A stretch of DNA of 62,455 bases, filler included, from Mycoplasmatota bacterium (GTDB lineage Bacteria > Bacillota_I > Bacilli_A > RF39 > UBA660), in NCBI GenBank assembly GCA_012727915.1. It is 5 parts of 5 records of this genome, joined end to end, with 100 filler letters (N's around TTAATTAATTAA, not from the genome) between each part and the next. Parts side by side here need not be neighbours in the genome. Positions count along the whole stretch, not along the records: positions 16,718 to 28,633 come from JAAYGD010000011.1; positions 28,734 to 53,247 come from JAAYGD010000012.1; 3 more parts are not named here. One strand, given 5' to 3'. This document shows, one piece after another, positions 21,033-31,163 of this stretch. How positions within the stretch are numbered: the stretch's first letter is position 1; every line of letters starts with the position of its first letter. The translations under genes and the position numbers were made by a program. Under the pieces are notes generated by a model. That model was given only the letters and a program-made list of their open reading frames with translations, had not been told where the DNA came from and did no database searches.

Positions 21033-21064
21033 TCTTGCTTAAATCTTGCTTATTTTCTTACTTA
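21033..21064. repeat. Three direct repeats TCTTRCTTA upstream of fic promoter
   Basis: Copies at 21033, 21044, 21056. Confidence 0.6.
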
Positions 21065-21407
21065 TTAAATATCACTATATAAATTTTTTTATAAGCAAAT
21101 CATTGATAATGTGCAGTAATAATTCGTCATACTTTCTGTAATATCTTTTTTAAGATATTGCAGGTATAGAAAGAATTGTTACTGGAGTCCTGTTGTCAAT
21201 GAGGAACTATAAAAAAATCAGAACTATTATATATTTTAATTTGACAAATCTACTGCAATTTAATCATTTAGCAGTAATTCTGTCGGAAACGTTTATATAT
21301 AATTGCCAGCACCAATTATCAAAAGACTTGGTTTTGCTGTTTTGACAAATCTAATGATAGATTGCCATTCATCATTAGGTTTGTCATACAAAAAAATAGG
21401 GCTCCAT

Positions 21408-22555
21408 CTAATGACAGTGCCCAAGCAAAAATGATTTAACATTAAATTCATCAAATCCTAAATACCATGATGGTTGATATAATGTAATGTCTTTAAATTT
21501 AGCAATCCATTTATCTTCAACTTCTAGTGCAAAAGCATAAGACAACATTTCATATAAATAATTAGGATTAATACTCATTAATTCTTTAATCTTATCTTCT
21601 TGTGAACTCTCTAAAAATTTCTTAAATCCAGAGATTTTTTCAAACATCTCTAATCCGTAAGGGGTTCTTTTACTGGAACTTTTTAATGAATATCTAATAA
21701 TAAATATACACAATAATGAGATTAAAAACCATACAATCATAAACCCATTATTAATAACATTATCAAAACCTAGAATATTTATCCAATATGAATAAGTTAA
21801 TCCTGTTGCTATTATTAATGATAGTATTTTTATCAAAGTTTTTTTGTTAAAAAATATGGACATCCAAACAAAAAAAATAAAATTATGATAAGAAAAGGAA
21901 TAGCTATACTCTCCCATAAAATTCCACGAAAAAAATATGTTGGAATAAAAAGAATTAGATATATTGATATAATAATCATAAATACCATTATTTTTTCGTT
22001 ATTATTTGACTTGTTGTCAAATATTGTATAATAATTCTTCTTAGAGTTTACACTTTTTGCAATATCATTTATTGTGTATAAAAAAGCATCATTTAAATCT
22101 TCATAAGTTACCTCTTTTAAGTTATAATCAATAGAGCCCTCTTCAGAAGAAAGTTTATTTAATTTTTTTAAGTACTTATATTCTGTTTCAGAAAGTTTAG
22201 CATTAAAGGAGTAAAATAATCGTTTAAGAAATAATTTTTCATTACTATTATTACCATCATATTATCTTAACTTAACAATTTTAAAATCTTTTGATCTTGA
22301 AAATATTGACTCTTTTTTTATTTTTTCTATTCTAATATAACCTTTATTTGCCAAGTGTATTAATAATGGCATAATTTCTTTTTCTCCTACATAACCTTTA
22401 TGTATAAAAGCAACATCTATATTATTTAGTCCTTCAGGAGGATAATGGTATAAATTAGAATCTTTAATCTTTTCTTTTTTTCCTCCTTTAACATAAAAAA
22501 TATAAGATAATATTGCAAATATAATTGGTAATGGGCATAAAAAATATAACCACAT
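21408..22555 (-). pseudogene. DUF2207-family membrane protein pseudogene
   Basis: YPPEGL, LANKGYIRIE, RTPYG..ISGFKKFL, YAFAL, PSWY motifs; in-frame TAA at 22262-22264, frameshift near the A8 run at 21870-21877, usual Gly/Ser-rich tail missing. Confidence 0.8.
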
Positions 22556-22587
22556 AAATACCTCCTTAATAATGATAAATCACATCA

Positions 22588-23367
22588 TCAATTAAATCTA
22601 TTTCTATAACCACATCTTTGGCATAATTTTTCAATTAATTTATTGTTTTGAAAATTATTAATAATATCTTTAGTTCTTTTTTTATTTAAAATATCATTTA
22701 AATCTTCACTAAATATATTTCCTAAATTAATAATTCCATCTTGATCTAAACAACAAGGTACGACTGTTCCATCAACTAATATACCAATTTGTCTTCTTAA
22801 TCCATAACAAGTTCCTTTAGTATTAACTTGTTTTGAATTAATATCTGGCCATATAAATTCTTTATCAATATCTAAAAATATATTGTCTTTTATAGTACTC
22901 CTTTTAGTAATATTTACTTTAACATTATAATAATTCTCAATTAATTTTATTATATCTAAATTATTATTCCATATTCTTAAAGATATATTAGTATTTATAT
23001 TTTCTATTACATTTAATAATTCTTTTATTTCATCTAAATTATCATAACTATGTAATGATATATTTATCTGTCTAACTTTATTATTATTTAGTATGCTTAA
23101 TTTTTCTTTAATTAATCTACCATTAGTAGTAATATTAACATTAATATTATATTTATTTGATAATTTAATAATTTCTTCTATATCCTTATGTAATAATGGT
23201 TCTCCTTTAATATGAAGATATATATTTTGAGTATTTCCTTTAATTTTTTTTAATATAATTTCAAATTGTTCTAAAGACATAGACTCTTTAGGTCTATTAT
23301 CTTCTTTACAAAAAGAACAATTTAAATTACATATGTTAGTTATTTCTATATATATTCTATTAAACAT
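22588..23367 (-). CDS. Radical SAM protein with SPASM/twitch domain
   Basis: CNLNCSFC; DGTVVPCCLD..LGNI..CQRC. Confidence 0.9.
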   Translation of the reverse strand: MFNRIYIEITNICNLNCSFCKEDNRPKESMSLEQFEIILKKIKGNTQNIYLHIKGEPLLHKDIEEIIKLSNKYNINVNITTNGRLIKEKLSILNNNKVRQINISLHSYDNLDEIKELLNVIENINTNISLRIWNNNLDIIKLIENYYNVKVNITKRSTIKDNIFLDIDKEFIWPDINSKQVNTKGTCYGLRRQIGILVDGTVVPCCLDQDGIINLGNIFSEDLNDILNKKRTKDIINNFQNNKLIEKLCQRCGYRNRFN

Positions 23368-25343
23368 TAATCCACCTTTAAAATACTATCTATTTCTTTT
23401 TTTAATAAAGGATAATCATTAATATCTTTATTACTTAATAGATTTAAACTATCTTCTTTTGCTTTAAGTAATATTTTAAAATCTTTCCTAATATCCGCGA
23501 TTTTAAAAGATAAGTCTCCGCTTTGTCTTATTCCAAACAAATCTCCAGATCCTCTTAATTCAAAATCTTTCTCTGATATTTTAAATCCATCAGTTTCTGA
23601 TTCCATTATATGTAATCTTTCATTATCTTTAGATCCAATTAATATACAATAGGATTGTAAATCACTTCTACCTACTCTACCTCTTAATTGATGAAGAGTA
23701 GATAGTCCAAACATATCAGCATCATGTATAACCATCATTGTAGCATTAGGTACATCTATTCCAACTTCTATAAGAGTAGTTGCTATCAATATTTCAATCT
23801 TTTTATCTAAGAAATCTTTCATTATAGAATCTTTTTTGTCTTGTTTCATTTTACCATGTAACATTTCAATTGAATAATCTTTAAATGCTTTTGTATAATT
23901 ATCTTTTAATTTTTTAATGTTTTCTTTTTCATTATCATCTTCTATAAGCGGCGCAACAACATATATTTGATGATTATTATCTAATTCATTTTTTATCATT
24001 GATAAAACTTCTTTGATTTCTTTATTATCTTTTACATAGGTAATTATTTCTTTTTTGTTTTTAGGTAAAGTTTTAATTGTACTTATATCCATATCTCCAT
24101 ATATAGTTAGTGCATAAGTTCTTGGTATTGGTGTTGCGGACATATAAAGTACATCAGGCATATTGCCTTTATTTCTTAATGTTTTTCTTTGATTTACTCC
24201 AAATCTATGTTGTTCATCAGTTATAATTAAACCCAAGCTATTAAATTCTAATGATTCTTGAAGCAATGCATGAGTTCCAATTATTAAATCAATATCTCCT
24301 TCTTTTAATCTTTTATAAATTATTTCTTTTTCTTTTTTATTAGTACTTCCAATTAATAATTCTATTTTAATATCTTTAAACAGTTTTAAAGCATTATTAT
24401 AATGTTGTTTTGCAAGTAATTCAGTAGGTGCCATAAAAGCAGATTGATAGTTTGATTTAGCTACTAAGTAACAAGATAAAAACGCTACAATTGTCTTACC
24501 ACTACCAACATCTCCTTGTAATAATCTATTCATTCTATAATTGCTATTTAAATCTTTAGTAATGTCTTCTAATGATTTTAATTGATCTATCGTTAATTCA
24601 AAAGGTAAAGAATTAATAATGTTTTCTAAATATTTAACCTCTACTTTTCTATTATATCCACTAGTATTATTTTTGTTTATTATCTTTAAATAATTAATCT
24701 TAATCATAAATATAAATAATTCTTCATATTTCAATCTAATCATAGCTTGTTTTAATAAATCTATATCTATAGGGTTATGTATATATTTAATTGATTCACT
24801 CTTAGAAATAAATGAGTGTTCATTTGATATATATTCTGGAATATAATCATCAATATTATTTACTTGATCTAATAAACTTAATATTAATTTACTTAATTTT
24901 TTTCTGGGTAATCCTTGAGTAGTTCTATATATTGGTATAATTGTAGGCTTATTAGTTAAATTAATAAATAAAATATCATTTGCAATTACAGTATTATGAA
25001 TCAAATCATACTTACCAATTACTGTAATATTCTTGCCAATATCTATATTTGATGACATAAAAGCTCTATTAAATATTATTACTTTTAATACATTAGTTTT
25101 AATATTTAAATTAAATGTCATCTTATTCATATTTCTAAATCTATTTACTATAGGTTTTGATTCTACTATTCCATCAATAATGATCTTATCATCTTGTTTT
25201 AAATCATTAATATTACTTCTTGATAAAACTTCGTATCTAAAAGGATAATGAGTTATTAAATCAAATGTACTATATATATTTAGTTTTTCTAAATATTCAA
25301 TTGTTTTTGGACCAAGCCCTTTAATGTTTTTGAAGTCATTCAT
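23367..25343 (-). CDS. recG: ATP-dependent DNA helicase RecG
   Basis: QGDVGSGKT, DEQHRFGV, SATPIPRT, QLRGRVGR. Confidence 0.97.
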   Translation of the reverse strand: MNDFKNIKGLGPKTIEYLEKLNIYSTFDLITHYPFRYEVLSRSNINDLKQDDKIIIDGIVESKPIVNRFRNMNKMTFNLNIKTNVLKVIIFNRAFMSSNIDIGKNITVIGKYDLIHNTVIANDILFINLTNKPTIIPIYRTTQGLPRKKLSKLILSLLDQVNNIDDYIPEYISNEHSFISKSESIKYIHNPIDIDLLKQAMIRLKYEELFIFMIKINYLKIINKNNTSGYNRKVEVKYLENIINSLPFELTIDQLKSLEDITKDLNSNYRMNRLLQGDVGSGKTIVAFLSCYLVAKSNYQSAFMAPTELLAKQHYNNALKLFKDIKIELLIGSTNKKEKEIIYKRLKEGDIDLIIGTHALLQESLEFNSLGLIITDEQHRFGVNQRKTLRNKGNMPDVLYMSATPIPRTYALTIYGDMDISTIKTLPKNKKEIITYVKDNKEIKEVLSMIKNELDNNHQIYVVAPLIEDDNEKENIKKLKDNYTKAFKDYSIEMLHGKMKQDKKDSIMKDFLDKKIEILIATTLIEVGIDVPNATMMVIHDADMFGLSTLHQLRGRVGRSDLQSYCILIGSKDNERLHIMESETDGFKISEKDFELRGSGDLFGIRQSGDLSFKIADIRKDFKILLKAKEDSLNLLSNKDINDYPLLKKEIDSILKVD

Positions 25344-25382
25344 AAATACTCCTATTTCTTTTAAATTGTATCACAAAAATGC

Positions 25383-25510
25383 TTGACAAATCAAAATATG
25401 TGAGTATTATAAATGGTACCAATTCAAGAAATTGGATTGGTATGCTAGTATCACACTAGCCAACCCCTTTTTATTCTTTTTGAGACTGTTTCTTCAGGGG
25501 GGCAGTCTCT
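25383..25510 (+). promoter_or_regulatory. Promoter plus structured leader or small RNA
   Basis: TTGACA (25383)..TATTAT (25405); hairpins CCAATT/AATTGG, GCTAGT/ACTAGC, GAGACTG/CAGTCTC. Confidence 0.5.
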
Positions 25511-25544
25511 ATTTATTATTAAAATTAAATAAATGAGGTTATAT

Positions 25545-26342
25545 ATGACTTATTCAAGAAATGATATTGATTTTGATAGAACATTACATGTTTTAAACAA
25601 TGATTATAATAGTTTTAATGATTCATTAAATTTGATGGTTCAAAATTTATTTGGTTTTGCTGTTGCAGCAACAATTCAAGTTTTTAGAGATAAAATTAAT
25701 TCTGATTATGAATTTACTCAAGCTTTATTAAAGTCTTCTTTTTGGTTTTTATTAATAGATAATATTATAATAAATAGAAGAAGAAACCAATTCAAAAAAG
25801 ATAAAATAGAAGCCTATAAAAAAATAAAAGAAATTGCATATAGTTTGAATTTAATTGGAATAAATGTTACGGAATCAGATTTAACTAAAGCAGTAAAAGA
25901 AAAAATAGATAAAAATATGGACTATTATAAAGTTATTGACATGTTTAATAATATAGCATTAATATCATTAAAAAGAGAAAATAAAGATATATTATTCGGT
26001 GAAGGCATAGATGAATACGATAAAGTTGAATTAAATGAAGTTGGTTCGGTTGCTATAAAAAAAGATCACAAACTAGAAATAATACCAAGTAATAAAATTA
26101 TAGATAGAAATAATTATTTAGATGTTAAAACTTATTATGAATTAGAATATGCACAAGATAAAGATGAAGGTAAGATAACTTATTGGAAAAGTGATGAATG
26201 TTTAAAAATTATACGTACTGAAGGGAAAGTATCAAAATTAAATAAAAAAGATAAATATTTAAAATTAGGATTAATTCTTCAAAGTATAGACTATAAAGAT
26301 AGTTATGAAATAAATAAAATAGTTAAAGAAAAGATATTATAA
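25545..26342 (+). CDS. Hypothetical protein
   Basis: GAGGT RBS, ~265-aa ORF. Confidence 0.7.
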   Translation: MTYSRNDIDFDRTLHVLNNDYNSFNDSLNLMVQNLFGFAVAATIQVFRDKINSDYEFTQALLKSSFWFLLIDNIIINRRRNQFKKDKIEAYKKIKEIAYSLNLIGINVTESDLTKAVKEKIDKNMDYYKVIDMFNNIALISLKRENKDILFGEGIDEYDKVELNEVGSVAIKKDHKLEIIPSNKIIDRNNYLDVKTYYELEYAQDKDEGKITYWKSDECLKIIRTEGKVSKLNKKDKYLKLGLILQSIDYKDSYEINKIVKEKIL

Positions 26343-26428
26343 AAATGTGTAAACATCTTTTTTTTTTATAAAAAATGATATATAAGTAAATATTAATATG
26401 ATAGAGTTAATGTATTGGGAGGAAATTT

Positions 26429-27199
26429 ATGGAATTTAGAGATAAGGTTGTAATTATAACGGGTGCTGGTGGCGGAATAGGAAGAGCTATCGCAAAAAAG
26501 ATAGCAAGTAATGGTGCCAAATTAACTTTGGTGGATATTTCAGAAACTAATTTAAGAGAGACTGCTAGTCAATTAGGATTAGGAGAAGAAAATTATTTAA
26601 TTCAAGTAACTGATGTATCTAAAGAAGAACAAGTTAAGTTCTATGTTGATGAAACAATTAGAAAATTTGGAAAAGTAGATGTATTTATAAATAATGCTGG
26701 TGTAGAAGGAAAAGTTGCTAGTATTGTTGAAACAAATGCAAGTGATTTAGATTTTGTATTAAATGTTAATGTTAAAGGTGTATATTATGGTTTAAAACAT
26801 GTTATGCCTCATATGATGAGTAATAAATATGGAAGCATAGTAAATACTGCTTCAGTAGCAGGTTTTATTGGTTCTCCAGGATTAGCGCCTTACATTGCTA
26901 GTAAACATGCTGTATTGGGTTTAACTAAAACTGCAGCATTAGAAGGTGCAGCATTTAATATAAGAGTAAATGCAATATGTCCTGGACCGGTTGATAATAG
27001 AATGATGAGATCAATTGAGGAAGGTGCAGCTCCAGGAAACGGAGATGCAGTAAAAAAGAATTTTGAAGTAAGTATTCCTTTAGGAAGATATGCTACTAAT
27101 GAAGAATGTGCCGATTTAATATATTTCTTAGCGTCTGATGAAGCAAAATATATTACAGGTCAAGCAATTAGAGTTGATGGTGGAATGGGAGCTAAATAA
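26429..27199 (+). CDS. Short-chain dehydrogenase/reductase
   Basis: TGAGGGIG, NNAG, YIASK, VDGG. Confidence 0.93.
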   Translation: MEFRDKVVIITGAGGGIGRAIAKKIASNGAKLTLVDISETNLRETASQLGLGEENYLIQVTDVSKEEQVKFYVDETIRKFGKVDVFINNAGVEGKVASIVETNASDLDFVLNVNVKGVYYGLKHVMPHMMSNKYGSIVNTASVAGFIGSPGLAPYIASKHAVLGLTKTAALEGAAFNIRVNAICPGPVDNRMMRSIEEGAAPGNGDAVKKNFEVSIPLGRYATNEECADLIYFLASDEAKYITGQAIRVDGGMGAK

Positions 27200-27229
27200 G
27201 ATATTAGAAAACTAATATCTTTTTTTATG
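27193..27229 (+). repeat. 37-bp direct repeat, copy 1 (terminator hairpin + TG of extended -10)
   Basis: TAAATAAGATATTAGAAAACTAATATCTTTTTTTATG. Confidence 0.9.
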
Positions 27230-27254
27230 ATAAAATATATATGGAGGTAAATAA

Positions 27255-27932
27255 ATGGAAGAAAAAATTGAAAACAGAATGCCTTTAATAGGCGACAAAG
27301 CACCTAGTTTTAAAGCAAAAACAACACAAGGAAATATTAATTTCCCAGAAGATTACAAAGGAAAATGGATTATATTCTTTTCACATCCAGCAGATTTCAC
27401 ACCAGTATGTACAACAGAATTTATGACATTTGCTAAAATGGATGAAGAATTCAAAAAATTAAATACTGAACTAGTAGGTTTATCAGTTGATGGATTAACA
27501 TCTCATATAGCATGGTTAAGAAAAATTCAAGAAATTGAATGGAATAACATGAAACATATTGAAGTTAAATTCCCATTAATAGAAGATATTAAAATGGATA
27601 TTTCCAAAAGATATGGTATGATTCAAGGAGAATCAGATATTTCTGCAGTAAGAGCAGTTTTTATAATAAATCCCGAAGGAATTATTAAAACTATTATGTA
27701 TTATCCTGCTTCTACTGGAAGAAATATGGATGAAGTTAAAAGAGTCATTTTAGCACTTCAAAAAGCAGAAAAAGATAGTGTAGCAACACCTGCTAATTGG
27801 AAACCAGGAGAAGATACAATAATACCTACTCCAGGAAGTTGTGGAGTTGCAAAAGAAAGAATGGAAACTCAAGGCGATGATCATTATTGTTTAGATTGGT
27901 TTTTATGTTTCAAAAGAGAAAATAAAAAATAA
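27255..27932 (+). CDS. Peroxiredoxin (Prx6 type)
   Basis: HPADFTPVCTTE, GRNMDE, TPANWKPG, C-terminal CLDWFLC. Confidence 0.93.
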   Translation: MEEKIENRMPLIGDKAPSFKAKTTQGNINFPEDYKGKWIIFFSHPADFTPVCTTEFMTFAKMDEEFKKLNTELVGLSVDGLTSHIAWLRKIQEIEWNNMKHIEVKFPLIEDIKMDISKRYGMIQGESDISAVRAVFIINPEGIIKTIMYYPASTGRNMDEVKRVILALQKAEKDSVATPANWKPGEDTIIPTPGSCGVAKERMETQGDDHYCLDWFLCFKRENKK

Positions 27933-28005
27933 ATCAAAAGTTAAATTAATTCCAAATTGTATATAAAACTAATTAAATAATTTAGCTATGTTATAAAATG
28001 GAATT

Positions 28006-28042
28006 TAAATAAGATATTAGAAAACTAATATCTTTTTTTATG
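28006..28042 (+). repeat. 37-bp direct repeat, copy 2
   Basis: Identical to 27193-27229. Confidence 0.9.
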
Positions 28043-28075
28043 TTATAATATTTATTGATTAGAAAGGTGCTATTT

Positions 28076-28633
28076 ATGTATAGAAATACTTATGTCGAAA
28101 TTAATTGTGATAAATTAGAAAATAACATAAAAAAGATAATTAAAACTTATAATGGTTATAAATATTATTTTGGAGTTGTAAAAAATAATGCTTATAATCA
28201 TGGAATTGAATGCATTAAATATATGATTAAATCTGGTATTAATTATTTATGTGTTGCTACTTTAGAAGAAGCACTTGAAATTAGAAAAATAGATAAAACT
28301 ATTCCTATCCTTGTTTTGGAACCTATTGAACTTAATGCAATTAAAGATGCATTTTCTAATGATATAACGATTACTATTGATGATAGAAATCAATTTGATA
28401 AACTATTAAAATCTAAATTAAAAGGAAATTTTCATATAAAAATAAATTCAGGAATGAACCGTTTTGGTTTAAATAATAAAGAAGATGTTGCTTACATAGT
28501 TAATAATTCAAATAACAATTTAACAAATGAAGGCATTTATTCGCATTTATCTAATGGAATTTTATATTCTGAAGAATATAAAAAAGCAATTGCTAAGTTT
28601 ATTGAATTAACTTCTCTAATTGATTTAAAGTTA
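28076..28633 (+). CDS. alr: Alanine racemase (partial, cut by contig end)
   Basis: VVKNNAYNHG PLP-lysine motif, VATLEEA, KINSGMNRFG, GIYSH. Confidence 0.9.
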
Positions 28634-28733
28634 NNNNNNNNNNNNNNNNNNNNNNNNNNNNNNNNNNNNNNNNNNNNTTAATTAATTAANNNNNNNNNNN
28701 NNNNNNNNNNNNNNNNNNNNNNNNNNNNNNNNN
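28634..28733. other. Artificial contig linker
   Basis: N-run/TTAATTAATTAA/N-run. Confidence 0.99.
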
Positions 28734-28768
28734 AATCATAATAGTTGAGAAGGAGGAAAAATTTAACT

Positions 28769-29167
28769 ATGAAAAGAATGAACAAAAAAGGTTTTACATT
28801 AGTAGAATTGTTAGCGGTAATCGTAGTATTAGCAATAATATTGGTAATTGCAGTTCCAAGAATATTAGATGTAATTGAATCTGCAAGAAGTGAATCTTTA
28901 GGAAGATCTGCACAAATGGTAGCAAATTATCTTCAAAAAGATTCAGCAGTAAGAATGCTTTCAAGCGATTTTACTGTACCAGTTGGTTCTACTAATTGTC
29001 CTGCTGAAGCTGGCTTTTCTGAACCTGCTGAAGGAAATTGTCAATATACTGCAACTTTAACAGGAACTGAAGCTTCATTTACAGTTACAATTGTAGGGGC
29101 TGGAAAATTCGCAGGTTGGACGGCAATTTCTACAAACGGAAAAACTCCAACAATAACAAAACCTTAA
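28769..29167 (+). CDS. Type IV pilin-like protein
   Basis: KKG|FTLVELLAVIVVLAII prepilin cleavage/methylation motif; two Cys in head domain. Confidence 0.9.
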   Translation: MKRMNKKGFTLVELLAVIVVLAIILVIAVPRILDVIESARSESLGRSAQMVANYLQKDSAVRMLSSDFTVPVGSTNCPAEAGFSEPAEGNCQYTATLTGTEASFTVTIVGAGKFAGWTAISTNGKTPTITKP

Positions 29168-29284
29168 TTATTTATAGTTTATAAAAGACATATTAGAAAT
29201 AATATGTTTTTTTATGTACACTTTACAATTTAATATTTATTATAAATATTGTTTATGATAATATGATTATAATTAGGAGGCATT

Positions 29285-30457
29285 ATGAGAAGAAATTTAA
29301 AAATGATGGATAAACCTTTATTTTTTTTAATAATCATAATGTCTTTATTTGGTTTATTTATGATATTCAGTGCTTCTTATGTTAAAGCAAGCTTGATAGA
29401 GGGTAATACTTATAAATATTTAATTCGTCAAGGGTCGATTATAATTATTGGTTTTCTTGCTTATTTTATAATTTTAAACATACCTTTATCAAAATATAAA
29501 AAAATTATTAATGTTATTTTGTATGGAATTATTGGATTATTAATATATTTAATAGCTAATGGTAAAGTAATTAATGGTTCTAGAAGTTGGTTGGATTTTG
29601 GTTATTTTAATTTGCAACCAAGTGAACTTGCAAAAACAGTTTTAATTTTATATATGGCAATATATTATAGTACAAGAAAGTTTACTGAAGATAATTATAT
29701 TAAAATACTTAAGCCCTTTATATTTGGAGCAATAATAGTTGGTTTGGTTTTTATGCAACCTGATTTGGGTACAGCACTAATTATTATGGCTATAATGGTA
29801 GCAACTTATTTAGCAGTTCCAATAAAAAAAGAATTTAATTTAAAAATATTTAAAGTGGTTTCTTTTATTGTGGGGTCTATTGTATTACTTGTTGTAATTA
29901 GTAGTATGTCTGGAAAGAGTATTCTTAATGAATCACAAAAACAAAGATTAAATTTTTTTAATCCTTGTGATAGATATACAGAAGTTGGGCCTGGTTATCA
30001 AGTATGTAATGGATATATAGCAATAAACGGTGGTGGTCTATTTGGAAAAGGAATAGGCAATAGTACTCAAAAGTATTTATATTTACCTGAATCACATACT
30101 GATTTTATATTTCCTATAATAATAGAGGAATTAGGAGTTCTGGTTGGCATTTTAATATTATTAATGTATTTCTATATTATTTATAGAATATTATTGATTT
30201 CAAAGGCTTCTAATGGTCTTATGGGAGGTATTATCGGTTATGGTATATCTTCATATTTGTTTTTCCAAACATTAGTTAATATTGGAGGAGTATTAGGTTT
30301 AATTCCATTAACTGGAGTACCATTACCATTCTTAAGTTATGGAGGATCATTTACTTTAAATTTATTTATTTCTTTCGCGCTTATTCAAAGAGTATCTATT
30401 GAAAATAATTTATTTAAAAAAGAAGAAGCGATAAGAAATAAAATAAGGGAACAATAA
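29285..30457 (+). CDS. ftsW: SEDS-family cell division protein FtsW/RodA
   Basis: NGSRSW, QPSELAK, QPDLGT, LPESHTDFIF, GVPLPFLSYGGS. Confidence 0.88.
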   Translation: MRRNLKMMDKPLFFLIIIMSLFGLFMIFSASYVKASLIEGNTYKYLIRQGSIIIIGFLAYFIILNIPLSKYKKIINVILYGIIGLLIYLIANGKVINGSRSWLDFGYFNLQPSELAKTVLILYMAIYYSTRKFTEDNYIKILKPFIFGAIIVGLVFMQPDLGTALIIMAIMVATYLAVPIKKEFNLKIFKVVSFIVGSIVLLVVISSMSGKSILNESQKQRLNFFNPCDRYTEVGPGYQVCNGYIAINGGGLFGKGIGNSTQKYLYLPESHTDFIFPIIIEELGVLVGILILLMYFYIIYRILLISKASNGLMGGIIGYGISSYLFFQTLVNIGGVLGLIPLTGVPLPFLSYGGSFTLNLFISFALIQRVSIENNLFKKEEAIRNKIREQ

Positions 30458-30494
30458 ATTATAAAAATAATAATCTCTTAGGAGGTTATTTTTT

Positions 30495-31163
30495 ATGAAG
30501 AAAAAAATTATATATGTTAGTATATTTTTAGTTATTATACTATTTTTATTAATGCTATTAAATGATAAAGAAGAAGAAATAATATTAAATTCGAAGGCTG
30601 AAGAAATTGAAGTAATAGACGATATTTGTTATGTAGATATAAAAGGAGAAGTGGTAAATCCGGGTGTATATGAATGTGTAAACAATGATAAAGTAATAGA
30701 TATTATCAATAAAGCTGGTGGGCTAACAAAAAATGGTAATACTAAATTGATTAATTTGAGTAAGCGAGTAAATAATGAAATGCTTATAATTATATATAGT
30801 AATAAGCAAATTGAAGACGCCAAAAAAAGATTGAATGAACCTACGGTAATTGAGATTATTAAAGAGATAGAAAAGGAATGCATATGTCCAGATGTTGTAA
30901 ATGAAGCTTGTGAATTTACAGACAAACCGGAAGAGGAAATTAATGTAAAGGAAGAAACAGAAAATGTGTTATCTGAAAAGATAAACATTAATACTGCTAG
31001 TAAAGAAGAATTGATGAGCCTACCAAAAATTGGAGAAGCAAAAGCTTTGGCTATAATTACTTATAGAACTACTACTTCATTCCAAAATATTGAAGATATA
31101 AAAAATGTTTCTGGTATTGGAGATGCTTTATTTGATGATATTAAAGATCTTATTGAAGTATAA
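30495..31163 (+). CDS. comEA: Competence DNA receptor ComEA
   Basis: N-terminal TM, VDIKGEVVNPGVY (SLBB), ININTAS..HhH. Confidence 0.92.
   Translation: MKKKIIYVSIFLVIILFLLMLLNDKEEEIILNSKAEEIEVIDDICYVDIKGEVVNPGVYECVNNDKVIDIINKAGGLTKNGNTKLINLSKRVNNEMLIIIYSNKQIEDAKKRLNEPTVIEIIKEIEKECICPDVVNEACEFTDKPEEEINVKEETENVLSEKININTASKEELMSLPKIGEAKALAIITYRTTTSFQNIEDIKNVSGIGDALFDDIKDLIEV

Noticed and set aside
19559..25501. 11-bp direct repeat TCTTCAGGGGG at 19559 and 25491 as an attL/attR pair
   Set aside because: It would enclose core recG, the match is short, and no integrase is present; recorded only as a curiosity.
27940..28010. Integron attC interpretation of the palindrome after prx
   Set aside because: GTTAAAT lies at the 5' end, there is no RYYYAAC in the correct order, and there is no integrase or array.
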